Shown here in pieces: positions 63,888 through 64,000 of a stretch of DNA of 64,000 nt. Within the stretch, counting starts at the first letter, position 1. The number at the start of each line of letters is the position of its first letter. Location of the stretch: positions 14,200,001 to 14,264,000 of the forward strand of contig NC_087252.1 of the NCBI RefSeq assembly GCF_037042905.1, in the 5' to 3' direction. The position numbers and the translations under genes were made by a program. The notes under the pieces are model-generated. The model saw only the letters and a list, made by a program, of their open reading frames with translations, did not search any database and had not been told where the DNA came from. Source of the stretch: Lytechinus pictus. Lineage: Eukaryota.

Positions 63888-64000
63888 GTAAATTTTTCTT
63901 CAGCAAAATATAAAGTAGTGGGACCTGTGGCGGATATTTTTATTAGCATTTCGTTCCTACCAAACTGTTCAAAAGACAAATGGAATTTTTCAGCGAATGG

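Overview
AT-rich, intron-rich animal genomic DNA, probably an echinoderm such as a sea urchin (inferred only from repeat types and gene style). Most of the window is one + strand gene for a PX-SH3-RhoGAP protein of the ARHGAP32/ARHGAP33 (PX-RICS/TCGAP/CdGAPr) family. I could join 13 phase-compatible coding exons from 12653 to the stop at 47381 (3882 nt, 1293 aa plus stop). A probable further exon lies at 1003-1102, and its upstream partners are outside the window. Introns and flanks hold tRNA-derived SINEs, MITEs (TTAA-, 3-bp- and 8-bp-TSD types), a Helentron/DINE-like element and several tandem repeats. Most notable: (i) a 7.2-kb Harbinger-like insertion (3768-10966, CAG TSD) carrying a CpG-rich segment and an exon in frame with the host gene; (ii) a candidate 27-nt microexon resembling the start of the next exon; (iii) a 7-copy ~150-bp tandem array built from a RhoGAP exon end plus its splice donor; (iv) a 4.1-kb insertion bounded by ACATAT direct repeats that splits a satellite and carries a promoter-like end and a decayed spliced gene. 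There is no prokaryote-type system such as CRISPR or an operon. Exon calls come from manual translation and splice-site reading, not RNA data.
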